A stretch of DNA of 63,189 nt, counting the filler, from Saprolegnia diclina VS20 (taxonomy: Eukaryota), in the NCBI RefSeq assembly GCF_000281045.1. It is 9 parts of 2 records of this genome, joined end to end, with 100 filler letters (N's around TTAATTAATTAA, not from the genome) between each part and the next. Parts side by side here need not be neighbours in the genome. Positions count along the whole stretch, not along the records: positions 28,382 to 44,292 come from NW_008246068.1; positions 44,393 to 46,756 come from NW_008246068.1; 7 more parts are not named here. One strand, written 5' to 3'. Below are positions 34,910-46,856 of the stretch, one piece after another; position 1 is the stretch's first letter, and each line of letters starts with the position of its first letter. A program made the translations under genes and the position numbers. The notes beneath the pieces are model-generated. The model worked only from the letters and a program-made list of their open reading frames with translations, ran no database searches and was not told the origin of the DNA.

Positions 34910-37370
34910 TTAGCGCCAGTGCTGGGGATACGTCGCAGTCGTATCAAACGGGTCGTGGGGGCACGCGACGGCTTTTCTCTCGTCCAAGTGGAGGTTGAGG
35001 AGGTCCACCGAGTGCACTGGCTGGTAAAAGCGGCCGACGCTGTGGTGCAGATCCCCGAACGCCGGCAGCGCATACCGCTGCTTGAGCTCGAGGCGCGGGA
35101 ACGTCACTCTCGAGAGCCATTGCGTCGTTGAGTTGCTCGTGCGGATCGTATAGAGACGCTCCGGGCCACTCATAAAGTCCAGGAGCTGCGTTGCGCCGTG
35201 GACGATGCCTACACCATAGTCGTTTGCCATTGTCATAGGGCTAGGGTTCGACGGACCACGAAAGCCATGGCGCTTGAGGATGCGGCAGTGGTTGCGCTGG
35301 CACTCCTTCAAGCGAAGGTACTCGGTCACAATCTCACAGCCATCCAGCATCAGGTACACGAGAATTTGCAGTGCCTAATCCAGTGGATGGAGCACGGACA
35401 GATGAATGGAGGTTCAATACCGTTGCCACCGTGCTGTCGTTTGCATCGCCAAGTCGTTCCCAGAGCATGTCGATGACAATGCCGCAGTGGTCCCTAGGTA
35501 ATACAAACTAAATACCGAGTCGAGTCAATGGTGCTTGTACATGTGGTACGTTGCGTCGAGGAGCGGCCGAACGTCGGCGAGCGACACGTGGAAGCGGTCC
35601 GACTGCGTCCACATCCCTGCAACCAGCTGCGTCACTTGCGGGTACTCTTGCGATTGCGTGCTTCTACGCACGCCGATCACCCCTCGGTTTATGACCCGTC
35701 ATCACACCGACCGGCGTTGGAGGTTGCGGCGCAGCTGGGCGTAGTGAAAGTCTTTGCCCTGGATACACACGTACAGCGGGCCGTGGTAGGTATCCCGGGT
35801 ACGAAGCCCTGCGAGACGGTCGCTGCAGTACGCTTGTAGCATGGGCGTTGCTGCCACTGCCGTCACAAACCGGTGCTAGGCGACAGTGATGTTGGTGTTG
35901 CATTGTGAGAGGGACGGACCAGTAGCGGCGTGTCGAGGGGGCGCCGCGCCGCGAGGTACCCCGGTAGGTCCACATACGCACCGCCTTGCTTGGCCGACGA
36001 TCGAAGAAACGACGAGGCGTCGGCAAAGAGGTGGTACAGGAGCGCATTCACACACGTTTCGAGCGTCTCTAAATGGAATCAACTAATGAAAAAAGGCGGC
36101 GGGAGGCGGGTTCGAAGCGGCGACATCGTACCTGGCTCGGCTTCAAAGGCATGGAGGAGGTCCCGGCGAAAAGCCGAGAGCGCGCTGGTCGAGTCACCTA
36201 CATTTCACAAATGCTACGTTTGTATCAATTTATCAAGTGCGGAAAACGCACGGTAGATCGGTGTCCCGAGGCGCTCAAAGGGCACGGTCCCGCTAGTCGG
36301 TGCGGAGGGGAACTCGTCGCAGAGCGTGGGGAAGGCCCCGAGGAGGTCGCGAAACTCGACGTTGCCCGCGTCCAAGTGGAATACCAGCACGTTCGAGAGC
36401 TTGGCGGCTTTGTACACGGAAGTCGTCATCCCAAGAAGGTAGGGAATCGGCGCGCTGGCATAATGCAGCAACTCGATCGGCAAGACAGGAATGAGCATGT
36501 GCTACCGCAAATGGCGATAGGCGAGAGCAATATCGCCGCGACGAACCTTCCAGACGAGCGGCGAGAGAAGGCGAAGGAGGAGGTGGCAGAGACCCGTGAG
36601 AAGGTCGTGTTCGTCGTGGACGAGGAGCACGCGCTGTTCGAGGAGGAGGGCGCTCAGCAGCACGAGGAGCGCGCTGGGCGTCTGCAGCTTGGTCGTGAAC
36701 GCGCGGTAGTTGAGCTACGAAGCAGCATTGGCACGGCGCGTGCGCGCAGAGAGCGTACGATATGGGGCTCGAGCGCGCGCGCGCCAAACGCGCCGGGCGG
36801 GTGCAGCGGAAACGTATACGTCTTGAGATCGCCGACAAAGCTGTCGGCAAAGACGAGCGGGCCGTCGTGGTGCGCGCTACGTATGGCGTTGAGGAGGCTC
36901 ATGGTCGTGCGCTTGGTCGGATCGTGGAGGAGCCGCGCGTGCACGAGCCGCAAGATCCACGCGAGCCATACATAGAGCGGCCTACCGCACGGTAAGACGG
37001 CGAGCAGCAGCAAGCACTACGTACTTGGGGCCAAGGATGCATGCGACGAGCGCCGGCGTCTCGGGCTTGAGCGCGACCTGCTTGACGAGGCCGTAGAGCT
37101 GGCGCGACCGCCCGTCCGAGATCGTAAACGTAAACTCGGCGCCGCTACGACAAATGTCATTATTGTGGAAGACGAAGAAGACGGCAGTCGGACGTCGTAC
37201 CGCCGCTGGCCTTTGGCCGCGCCGGGGACGCAGATGGGCGGGAGGCCATAGGGCAGGCTAAAGTTGTTGTTGCCGCTGACGCACGCCGGGTCCGAGAGGT
37301 AGCGCCACACGACGCGCGGGCCGTCGTCGTGGCGCTCGAGCAAGAGGACATCGTCGAAGACGCTGGTCAT
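34910..37370 (-). CDS. DENN-domain Rab GEF with C-terminal ENTH-like domain
   Basis: uDENN start (VVWRY...LPPICVP), cDENN (LSALLLEQRVLLV; LIPVLPIELLHYASAPIPYLLG), C-terminal ENTH-like motifs; many short introns, boundaries approximate. Confidence 0.78.
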
Positions 37371-37609
37371 ATTGACTCTGAAGAAGGATGATCTCGTTCC
37401 GGTGCTGGACTGAAACGTATCATAACGCCAGACCTGCCCTGAAATTACGGCTGCCACTAAATCGACTAACTAAGACGGCTTCACGAAGGGCGAACGTGGC
37501 TCAGTTTTGCGGCCACATACCGTAGGCATTACACATGCCTACATGCACTCGTGGACTTCTTGCACGCCGTGCATCCCAAAAGCTGATCGCAACATCGTCA
37601 GGTTTGTGT

Positions 37610-37745
37610 TTCGTCGTTTAGTCGTTTTGTAGTCGTTTAGTCGCGTTGTAGTCATTTAGTCGTTGTGTGTAGTTAGTTGATTAGTCGTTTCCAGGATCGT
37701 AGTTTAATGTTCATGTCGTACTAGTAATCGTTTAGTCTAGTCGAC
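37610..37745. repeat. Degenerate TAGTCGTT(T)-type short tandem repeat in a divergent promoter
   Basis: Repeated tagtcgttt/tagtcatt/tagtt units between the DENN and RhoGAP-like genes. Confidence 0.6.
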
Positions 37746-37797
37746 GCCCGCGGTTTCGACTCGATTGGCGGCGGCGCCCGTTTCAAAATTTAAAAAC

Positions 37798-40082
37798 ATG
37801 TTCAAGCGCAAAACCGCGCCACCCGTGGCCGCGCACGCCCTCGCCAAGGCCGTCGCTGGGCGTACGTCGTGCAAACACCGACTAAAGAACTAAAATGGCT
37901 GCCTAGCATCGGCGAGTGGTCCACTGCCATCGCTGCGACCCGCCGACTGCCGCGTGCTCCTGGCGCTCATCGAGCATCTGACGCTTTTCAAGGCGCACAA
38001 GGAAAAGCTATTTGCGCACGAAGGGAAGGCCTCGGAGCGCAAACTGCTGCTGCGCGCGTTCGAGGAGCAGCTGCCGCCCTCCAACAAACTGCTCAAGAAG
38101 CTGTCGTCGAGGTCCATCTCGTGCGTTGTCCGCCAGGTTGGAGACTCTCTACCACCAGAGACTTGAGTTGCGGTCGTTTAGAAGCTCGAGATGGAGCACG
38201 CGCCGCTCGTGCCGTACGAGGCGTACCCGTCGATGGTCCGAGCTCTCTTCGCCCCCGACGCGTCGACGTCCAACGCCACGTTTTTGAAAACTGTGCAAGC
38301 CGAGCTCGATAAAATGCCGTTGGAGCACACGCAGGTCCTGCACGCTCTTCTCGATCTCTTGCACAAGGTACCGCTTCAATCGCATTCGTCAATATCGACG
38401 AGATGTATCGGATGTAGGTGTCGACGCAGCTCCTCTTGGCCGAAGAGCCACTGCTCACGCATCTTGGCGTGCACCTCGTGCGTCCGAGCGAAGCTCCAAG
38501 CGACTTGAGTCGTACGTTGTCATTGCATCACGACGGTGTGTCACGCACCAATGCGCAGCGTCCATGGACGACCGCAAGCTCATGGCGAGAAAGCTCCTCT
38601 CGTACTACAAAGCGCTGTCGTTTCCGCGTGCCAAGGTGCGATCTATGACGTGGCACGACCACAGGACGTGACGGTTTCATGCGGTGTAGTCCTTGCTACA
38701 CGATGAGATGGTCCCTGTGGTGCCACGCCTCTCGAGTGCTCCGGTGAGCGCAGTACGCCGACGGTCGAGCTCGGGGCGACTGGCTTGGTCGCCTCTCTCG
38801 CTTCGCCATGTGTCGCAACTGTTGTGGCATATTGTGCATGCGTCCGACTCGAAGCGGGACCTCTTCCTCAGCCTCTCGGACGGAGCGCGCATCGCCTCGC
38901 TCTTGGCCGAGGCAAACGCGGCGGGGTATGCCACGTATGCGCCGCACGAAGTCGCCGCCGCCGTCAAGCACGTGCGATGCCGACATCTTCCATAGCGCCT
39001 GCAGTGCAAATCGTAGGTCGTCCAACCGCTCGAGGCACTCGTGCCGTTGGAGGCATTCGAGCTACATGCCAAGGACGAGACATCACTCAGCGAGGACGAC
39101 GAGAAGAACGAGCGCGCCGTCACGGCCTTTATCGCTGCGCTGCGCGGCCTCTCGAGCAGCACCCGCCATGTTGTTCGTCTCCTCCTCCTCGCGTTGACGC
39201 AGGTACATTGAGTCTCTCCTCATGGCTACCTCAGCGATGAAGTGTAGGCCCAAGGGGACGGGGCGTCCATTGATCTACTGAGCGCTGCGATGGCCCATAC
39301 TATCTTTTACGAACTAAAACACACCGTCGCGGTCACAGGTATACAACTGCGCGAACTTGAGTTCGGTGCTTCTACGCCCGTGGTGTAGGTCACGACCACC
39401 AGCAACTGGAGAGAGCCGCGATTGGCGTGCTCAAGCACGCAGCCCGAATCGTCCAAGCAACGCGTCCGCGCTTCACTCTGTTTACGACCGTGCTCGTACT
39501 GCTTGCGGTGCGGCGGATGACGCGCCGTCACTCGCCCAAGTCGTTGCCGGAGGAGATCTCCACGGCCTTCAACACCGGTGCCAACGCTCGCTGCCGCCAA
39601 GAACTGAGTGGAGTCGTAGATCCTGCGTTCAACGCGCTCCTGTGCAGCCGCGCCCCCGTGCTGCGCAAGCTGTTTCACGCATTTTGTACGTCCAGCGCCT
39701 CATGATACATTGATAATTTGATACTTTGATACGTTGATACAGGCAGCACCGCGTCACCCCGGCGACTCGACAACACCAAGGTGCCGCTGCGCGCTGCAGA
39801 CCATGTCCTATGCGTGTTGTAGCTCGTGGAGCTCATGGGAGCCATGCACCTCGTACCGGCGTTCGTCTCGGCGTCGTCCTTGCTCGCGCTGCGCGACGCG
39901 ATCCAGCGCGACCGCTCCCCGGCAAACAGCGACACGAAGCTACACCGCAAGCTCAAGTCCTAATTAGGCGGACTCCGGGCTCGGATTTGAAGGCTTCCTC
40001 GAACTCACACTCACGCTCGGGATCGAGCTCTTGTCTCGACCCGAGCTCGACGCGCTATACCCATCTCCTCTTGACAAGGTAG
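37798..40082 (+). CDS. Protein with two RhoGAP-like domains lacking the arginine finger
   Basis: Domain 1: LIEHL...EKLFAHEG...SISCVVRQ...PLVPYEAY...LDKMPLEHTQVLHALLDLLHKV...HLVRP. Domain 2: RDLFLSLS...PHEVAAAVKH...LEALVPLEAF. Multi-exon; 3' end approximate. Confidence 0.65.
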
Positions 40083-40330
40083 TCTGACCGCTATTCGTCC
40101 CATTCGAATAATACTCTTATGGCTCGTGTGAAGATGCTCGTGGTCCTGGACGTGTGGGGCTTTGGTGACGATGCGGTCGTCACAACCCTCTGCGCATGAA
40201 AGGCTCCGTAAACCACCTCCATGGATTCTTCCCCTACCCGCGACAAAAATGGACACCTTGTCGTCGTAACACCATAACATACATAACATAGATACAGGTA
40301 TATAGTTATGACGGCCAGAAGCGCGCCGTA

Positions 40331-43300
40331 TTAATCGCGCGCGCCAAAGTACCGCACCGAGCCATGCGACACTTGCACGAGGTTTTCTTCTTCGAGCGTT
40401 CGCAGCGCCGTCTGGAACTCCGTGTGCTTGGTCTCCGACCCGCGGAGACTGTCGAGCTGCTTCTTGAGCTCCCCGGTGTTGATCGAGCCGCCGCCGTGCT
40501 CGGTCAAGAGCCGCTTGACGTCGTCGACAAGCGCACTCAGCGCCTCGCGGTCGACCGTCGCATACCCCGTCGTGATCATGTCCATGTCGATCGTGCCCGT
40601 GCGCGGGTCCATCGCCGCCTTTTGCGTCGCCACGTTCATGAGGCGCAGCGCCTCTGACACATCGCGCGACGTGACGGTCTCGGCGAGGCGCATCTTGGCG
40701 AGAGCCTCGGCAATGCGGATGAGCGACTCGAGCTGGCGCGGCGTCGCCGTGATGTTCTTGCGGTTGCTCCCCATGCGCCGGAGCTCCAGGTAGGCCGCGA
40801 CAAGGTCCTTCGCCGCTGCTTGACTCAATTCGGGTCGCACATGGTCTTTTGCATACGCAATGTAGTCGGAGAGGACCGACATGGAGATGACTTCGGACGC
40901 CTTCATGTGGCCGCGCGCTGTATGGATCGAGTACGAGTCGTAGTAGAGCGAGACGATGTGGCGTGCGAGCTGCCGGTCGGCCTCGGCATTCGGTCGGTCC
41001 AGAATCAAGTAAATCAAGTCAAAGCTAGCCACAGTACCAGTATGGATCGAATCCAAGGGACGAATAGCACTATACCGAGAGAGCAAGGTCGGGAGAATGT
41101 TGATGTTTTCAATCACGCTCTTGTTGGGGTTGTAGCGCGACTCGATCGGGTTGGCCGACGCCAAGATCGACGAGCGCGCGTTCAGCGAGCAAATGATGCC
41201 GGCCTTGGCGATCGACACGGTCTGCTGCTCCATGACCTCGTGCAAGACGCTGCGCGCGTTGTCCGACATCTTGTCAAACTCATCAATGCAGCAAATGCCT
41301 TCGTCCGACAAGACGAGCGCGCCAGATTCGAGCACCTGGAAATCAAATCTCAGATCTCAGAGTCTATGCCCGATATTCTTGTACCAGATCCCCCGTCTCC
41401 ATGTCTCGAATCACTGACGCCGTCAAGCCCACGGCCGAACTGCCTTTGCCGCTCGTGTAGATGCCGCGGGGGGCGAGCTTGTGTACGTATGACAATAGCT
41501 GCGACTTGGACGTCCCCGGGTCGCCGCAGAGCAGGACGTTGAGGTCCGACCGCGTGTGCTTCTTGCCAATCACTGCCGCCGCCTTGCGCGTGCCCCCGAA
41601 AAGCTGGCAGAGCACGCCCTTCTTGACGTCGTCGAGCTCCCAGATCGACGGCGCGAGCGAGTGCGCGAGGTTCTCGTATACGAGCGGGTCGGACGCGATC
41701 CGGTGGTACTCGTCGATCTTGGCTTGTTGGACGGCGTCGACTGCGTTGCCGTCGTCGAGGCCGCCGGACGCGCCCATGAGCTCGTCCGTCCGGCGAAAAT
41801 GCACCACGTCAATGTACGTCTTGAAGACCGACTTGACGACACGCTGCTTGATGGTCGCTCGCATCGGCACGGCGCGGTAGATACCCGTGACCTCAATCTT
41901 GTCGCCCGGTCGGACGTCGTCGACCAGGTCGTCAAACGCAAACAGCATCACCTACGCATTCCCATGTGTATGGTGGAGGCGTACGCGCGTACGTACCGTG
42001 TACGGGGTCTCGCCTTCAGGAATCGCGTCCGGCGTCTCTTGCATTTTCACCTAATTTGCAGGATGGAACCGATGTTTGAGGTCCATGCAAGATGTACGAG
42101 CTGCTTGTCGGTAAACGCGCACCGATTGTGCATGATCTCCATCGACCCGCGCGTGTGGCAATGATCGCACAACTAGATACGACAAGTTGTACTAGTGTAG
42201 GGTTGAAGGCGCCGCGTACCGTTGGCTCGTCGATGCGACCGCGGTCCAGCTCGACTTCGACGGTCGAGTGACACATGGTACAGCGGAAGAACGCCATTTT
42301 GAGGTCTGGGATCACGGACGAGCAGCGCGTGACCATGCCTTTGAGGCTCACGAGCTGGTCAATGTCGGCAGGATTGAGATTCCGCATCGCTTGCTTGTCC
42401 TTGAGGTTGAACGGCCGCACTTGAATGCGAATCTAAAATCTCAATCTCAACATCTCAAACAATGTCTCAACACGTACGAGGTCGACGTCGTCCGGGTACA
42501 GAAGTTTGAACTCGTCGACAATGACCATGTCCAAAATGCGGATCAGCACTTGCGGAAAGTGCACGAGCTGCATGTACAGCTTGCGCGTCGCGGCGCTGCA
42601 CTCGAGAAGGTGGTTGCCGTCGAGGTTGAAGACGCCTTGCTGCGTGAGCTGGATCTGGTGAAGCACCTTCATGTAGTAGCTCTCGCCGCCGAGGTCGGCG
42701 TGCCCCGGCGGGTTGAACTCGTGCAAGAACGCCCGGAAGACGCCCATGGACTCGGCGACACTCACATTTGTGCCCCACACGACCGCATTCGAGTACGTTT
42801 GCTCGGCGAGCGGAACCGCGGCTGCAGGCCCGGCATGCTGCACGCTGGCGCTGGCTGAGCTCGGCGATAACGGCGCCTGAGGAAGCCCATGGCGGTTGGA
42901 TGGATCGACCGAGATGGGTGAAGATGGTGGGCTATCGCCGGGACCGCCTGGCGACGAGGGTGCACCGGCGGCGCGCACCGCACCTGGCAGCTCCTGGATG
43001 CGAAATTCCGACCGCCCGAGGTCGCCGCGAGGCAAGTGGCGCGCCGAGAGGCTCGTGCTAATGTCGCCGTCCGCGTACCGTCCAAGGTATCGTGGCATTG
43101 GTGTCGCGTCGACGGACGCACTAAAGTCGCCCGAGTGGTACTGGTGGCGAAACTCGGCGGTAGCCGAGACCGAGACCGACGGCTGCGAAAAAGATGACGG
43201 TGACGGCGGTGTCATCGGCGGTTGTCGCGCTGGCGGAAAGCGCGAGGCGTAGTCTTGCTGCGAGTCGACGAGCGGCGACATGGGGCTCGACGGCGGTGTG

Positions 43301-43620
43301 TCGACTGCCCGGACGCGCGGGCGCGCCGCCACGGGACTTGATGGCGGCGTATCCACCGAGCCGATGAGAGGCCGTTGCGCGGCAACGGGGCTCGATGGCG
43401 GCGTATCGACAGCGGCAGGTCGCGGCGCAGCCACGGGGCTCGATGGCGGGGTGGCGACGACGCTCCGCGTAGGTCTCGGTACCGGGCTGGACGGCGGGGT
43501 CGCGCCCATGGGAGGTCTCGGTGCGACCAGAGGGCTCGATGGCGGCGTCGCGACGCCGTCGTAGGCGGCAGGCGCGGCCACGGGGCTCGACGGCGGCGTG
43601 TCCGGGGGTGTATTGGCCAT
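40331..43620 (-). CDS. MCM4: DNA replication licensing factor MCM4
   Basis: VWGTNV, MRNLNPADIDQLVSLKG, zinc finger CTMC, LLCGDPGTSKSQLL (Walker A), CCIDEFDKM (Walker B), SRFDLIYLILD, ATPRQLESLIR, DPRTGTIDMD; Ser/Pro-rich N-tail. Confidence 0.97.
43282..43602 (-). repeat. Coding minisatellite: seven [D/A]TPPSSP units in the MCM4 N-terminus
   Basis: About 48-54-bp degenerate units visible in both DNA and protein. Confidence 0.9.
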
Positions 43621-46049
43621 GCTTTTTCCCGTTTGTGGAACTCCCAAAGCCGCCGGATACGAGCTCCCGCCAATTTCTATCGGCGATTATCCGGAGGATC
43701 GCGCGGCCAGGATCTGCCTTCAACCTTCGAGGATGGATTGCCCTTGGTTCCATGTACTCGCCAACGACACTCAGCTCATAAACTCTCGATGCGCCAATAT
43801 TAGTACATTCCATTAGTCAAGTTCTACTAACTTTAACGCTGCCTTTGAATAACAGTACAGTAGGGGGTCGCTTGGGAAGTTAGCTTCGCCCCGTCTTGCT
43901 GAATGACTAGCATTATCGATAGCCTGATGAAGGCAGCAGCTCGGTAGGTCTTGCAGCAAGCACAGCTAACCTATTCATGGCATTTCTGGTCCCGAGCTTG
44001 AGGAATCGCTAACCGGTTGATTGCCGGCGGCCGTTCGGTTTTTGCGAAAGCAATTTACGACCGCATTTTAGCCAATCAAACGAGAGGCCTTTCCATTGAG
44101 ACAGGCGACCGTGGCGAATGTTGGTCGTTACAATTATCAAGTGCAAAGTTGGTCGTCGCAGGCTAAATTTCATCGCAAGAGACTCGTCACAGCGCTGTCA
44201 TCGCTCTCTCCTTCTGCTATATAAAGTCGGTATTTTCTTTTCTTCTCTCCATCTCACCCTTTGGCATAGCTTCGCCAAGTTCCCCAATCAACNNNNNNNN
44301 NNNNNNNNNNNNNNNNNNNNNNNNNNNNNNNNNNNNTTAATTAATTAANNNNNNNNNNNNNNNNNNNNNNNNNNNNNNNNNNNNNNNNNNNNTTGAGGTG
44401 GCTTATCAACTGTTGGCTGTTAACTGAGAATTAAGGTTGCCTTGGCTGAGTGGCCATGGTATGATTTGTTGCAATTCTCGAGCACAGAAAAGGTCTCTCT
44501 CGTTTGGTCGATGCCCGTGGCAGAAGTACGTCGGGAAATGAACGATCCACGCGAACTGGGAATGAACAGTCCATGGGACAAGGCGGGAAGCTCAGAGATT
44601 GTTTTCGCATCCAAGTCGTTGACAACTCGGTTGTCCCGAGGCAGTTAAACCTCCAAAAACACAGCCACGCTCGCATACGTTCGATAGTTCGATGGTGTGG
44701 TGTTCGACCCTTGGACCTGCATTGCGCAACCCACTACTCGTTGACGCTCCTCTTTGCGTGTTTCTTCCAGTGCTCTATCGAGGCGAGAGCAAACCACAAG
44801 CGAGTGTCTCGTAGTATCCGTGAACGTTGAGGAGCCCCTCCCTGCTGCAAGAGTTTAGCGCGACCTGCGTGTGTTACGACCTATCTTTCTGTGAGAGTTT
44901 TGTACTCCTCGGGACAGAATGTGGCGAGGGCCAACGACTAGAGTGCACAGATACGACTAGAGTGCACAGTACAATCTTGAACAATCGCAGACGACCAAAT
45001 GGGACATGACTAACGAGAATACCAAAGGATGTATTATGCTCTAGATAAAACGAGCACGCAGAGTTTAGGAGCACTGTACACTGACGGATGTGATAATTGA
45101 CCGTCAAGGTCAACTACAGTAACACTACAACGACTCCCTTTCAACCAGTGCCCCAGTACAAGTACTGGCCTGCAGATTGCTGTGCCGTTTGGAGTGTCTT
45201 CCAGACGTGCGAGCATACATTATGTTATAAACTCAACGAAGCCACTAGGGTTAACCTCGTGTTTTCTTAGGCAGATTTTGGTCGAGCTCTTTGGTTGAGG
45301 TTTTGCATTGGGGTAGCGTGCAATCTAGCGGTGGGATCGTGTGACGTAGTTTGGACTCGTCGGTGGACGGGATCATGTGCATTGAAGTTCAACGTACCCT
45401 GCCCCAAACCTCGGGTTTTCTTGGGGCTGGGTGTGGTTGGCCTTTGTGGTTGAGGTGGGGCATAGGGCCGGTGGACCATCTATAGCGGTCTTTCTGCGCA
45501 ATGGTTTGATTCGTGTAGAAGGTTTGTGCAGGGTGCTGTCGCGCTTTTTGATTCCAGACAAGAAGACGGTCTAGTGCGTACATGTTGGCGCCGTATTCTT
45601 ATAATCTGCATGCGAATATTGCTGTAGTCTACGAGGATGGTTGTGGCTTGTCGCTCGCCCTGGCTAATATGGTCGCTCACTAGTCCTTGGAGAGTTGGGC
45701 TCCGATACATTTCTATCATAGTACTTCATGCCCCGAGACGTCGTCGACCCCGCAACGCACGCCCAGCAACGGCATCATCCTCGAGACGCTGGAGCCAAGG
45801 ACGAGATGCTGGGCGACAGCATCTCGGATGACAGCTTGAGCGGTCTTTTGCTCTTTTTGCTTCCATTTTCGATTCGCGAGAAGACGGTCAATCAGCACAA
45901 AGGGAATCGATTGAAATCCTCTCGCGAGCGCTGCTCAAAACACAACCTCACAGACGATGGAAGCGCAGCATACTGGTGCTAGTCGGTGACCGCAACGCAC
46001 AGCCCATACCGGCCACAAGCCTTTTCCAATGCATCGCCACCAAAAAGTG

Positions 46050-46122
46050 TGGTCTTACCCGGACTTGAACCGGGGACCTTCTCCACGTCAAGGAGACGTG
46101 ATAACCGCTACACTATAAGACC
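46050..46122 (-). tRNA. tRNA-Val(GAC): tRNA-Val, anticodon GAC
   Basis: GGTCTTATAGTGTAGCGGTTATCACGTCTCCTTGACGTGGAGAAGGTCCCCGGTTCAAGTCCGGGTAAGACCA: perfect 7-bp acceptor stem, TCTCC/GGAGA anticodon stem with loop TT-GAC-GT, CCCGG/CCGGG T-stem, TTTTT terminator 3 nt downstream. Confidence 0.93.
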
Positions 46123-46856
46123 ACTCATGTATTGGCTCTATATTGTAAAAGGCCAATAACTGTGGATGCCCTTTGTGCGTCGATGCTCTGCCAAAAGGAA
46201 ATGATTGAAGATCGTCGGGACGTTGCCGAGACCATCAAAAAGACAAAAAGAAGTCACGAGACACAAGGAGCCCGTGCTACACGGTAGCTCCGTCATACCG
46301 TCCAGCTCCACAGCTTACAAATGTGGTGGTGTAGTCTGCACATCGACGACCACTTCATGACACGTATTCGAGTAAAAATCGCAAAGCCATCCCCATGACC
46401 TGAAAGAGGACTAGTACGAGTAGTGACGGGGCAAAGCTGGTCAAGGCGACCAAACGCGAGGACCATGGATGCTAGCTGCGTTCTTGGCGGACAACAAGGT
46501 GATCTGGGTCCAGGGCAACGACAGTGGCTTCATCGTGACGCTTGGCCATGACAAGGAGTGCGTGCGTACTAGGGTTGTTGGTCACGTATTGGTCTTTTGC
46601 CAAAGCGAAGCCAGTACGGCGCGGATCTCGTACCGGCTTCGCTCATGCTCAGTGGCTGCTGTGTACTCTGCACGCCGGGCTAGAGTAAGCGCATGGCACC
46701 AATACGGCGCCAACTCGGACAGCGGTTCCACTCCGACAGCGCATCATGAACGCCGCNNNNNNNNNNNNNNNNNNNNNNNNNNNNNNNNNNNNNNNNNNNN
46801 TTAATTAATTAANNNNNNNNNNNNNNNNNNNNNNNNNNNNNNNNNNNNNNNNNNNN

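Noticed and set aside
43282..43602. CRISPR-like repeat-spacer pattern
   Set aside because: In-frame coding repeats of MCM4 in a eukaryote; degenerate units and no cas genes.
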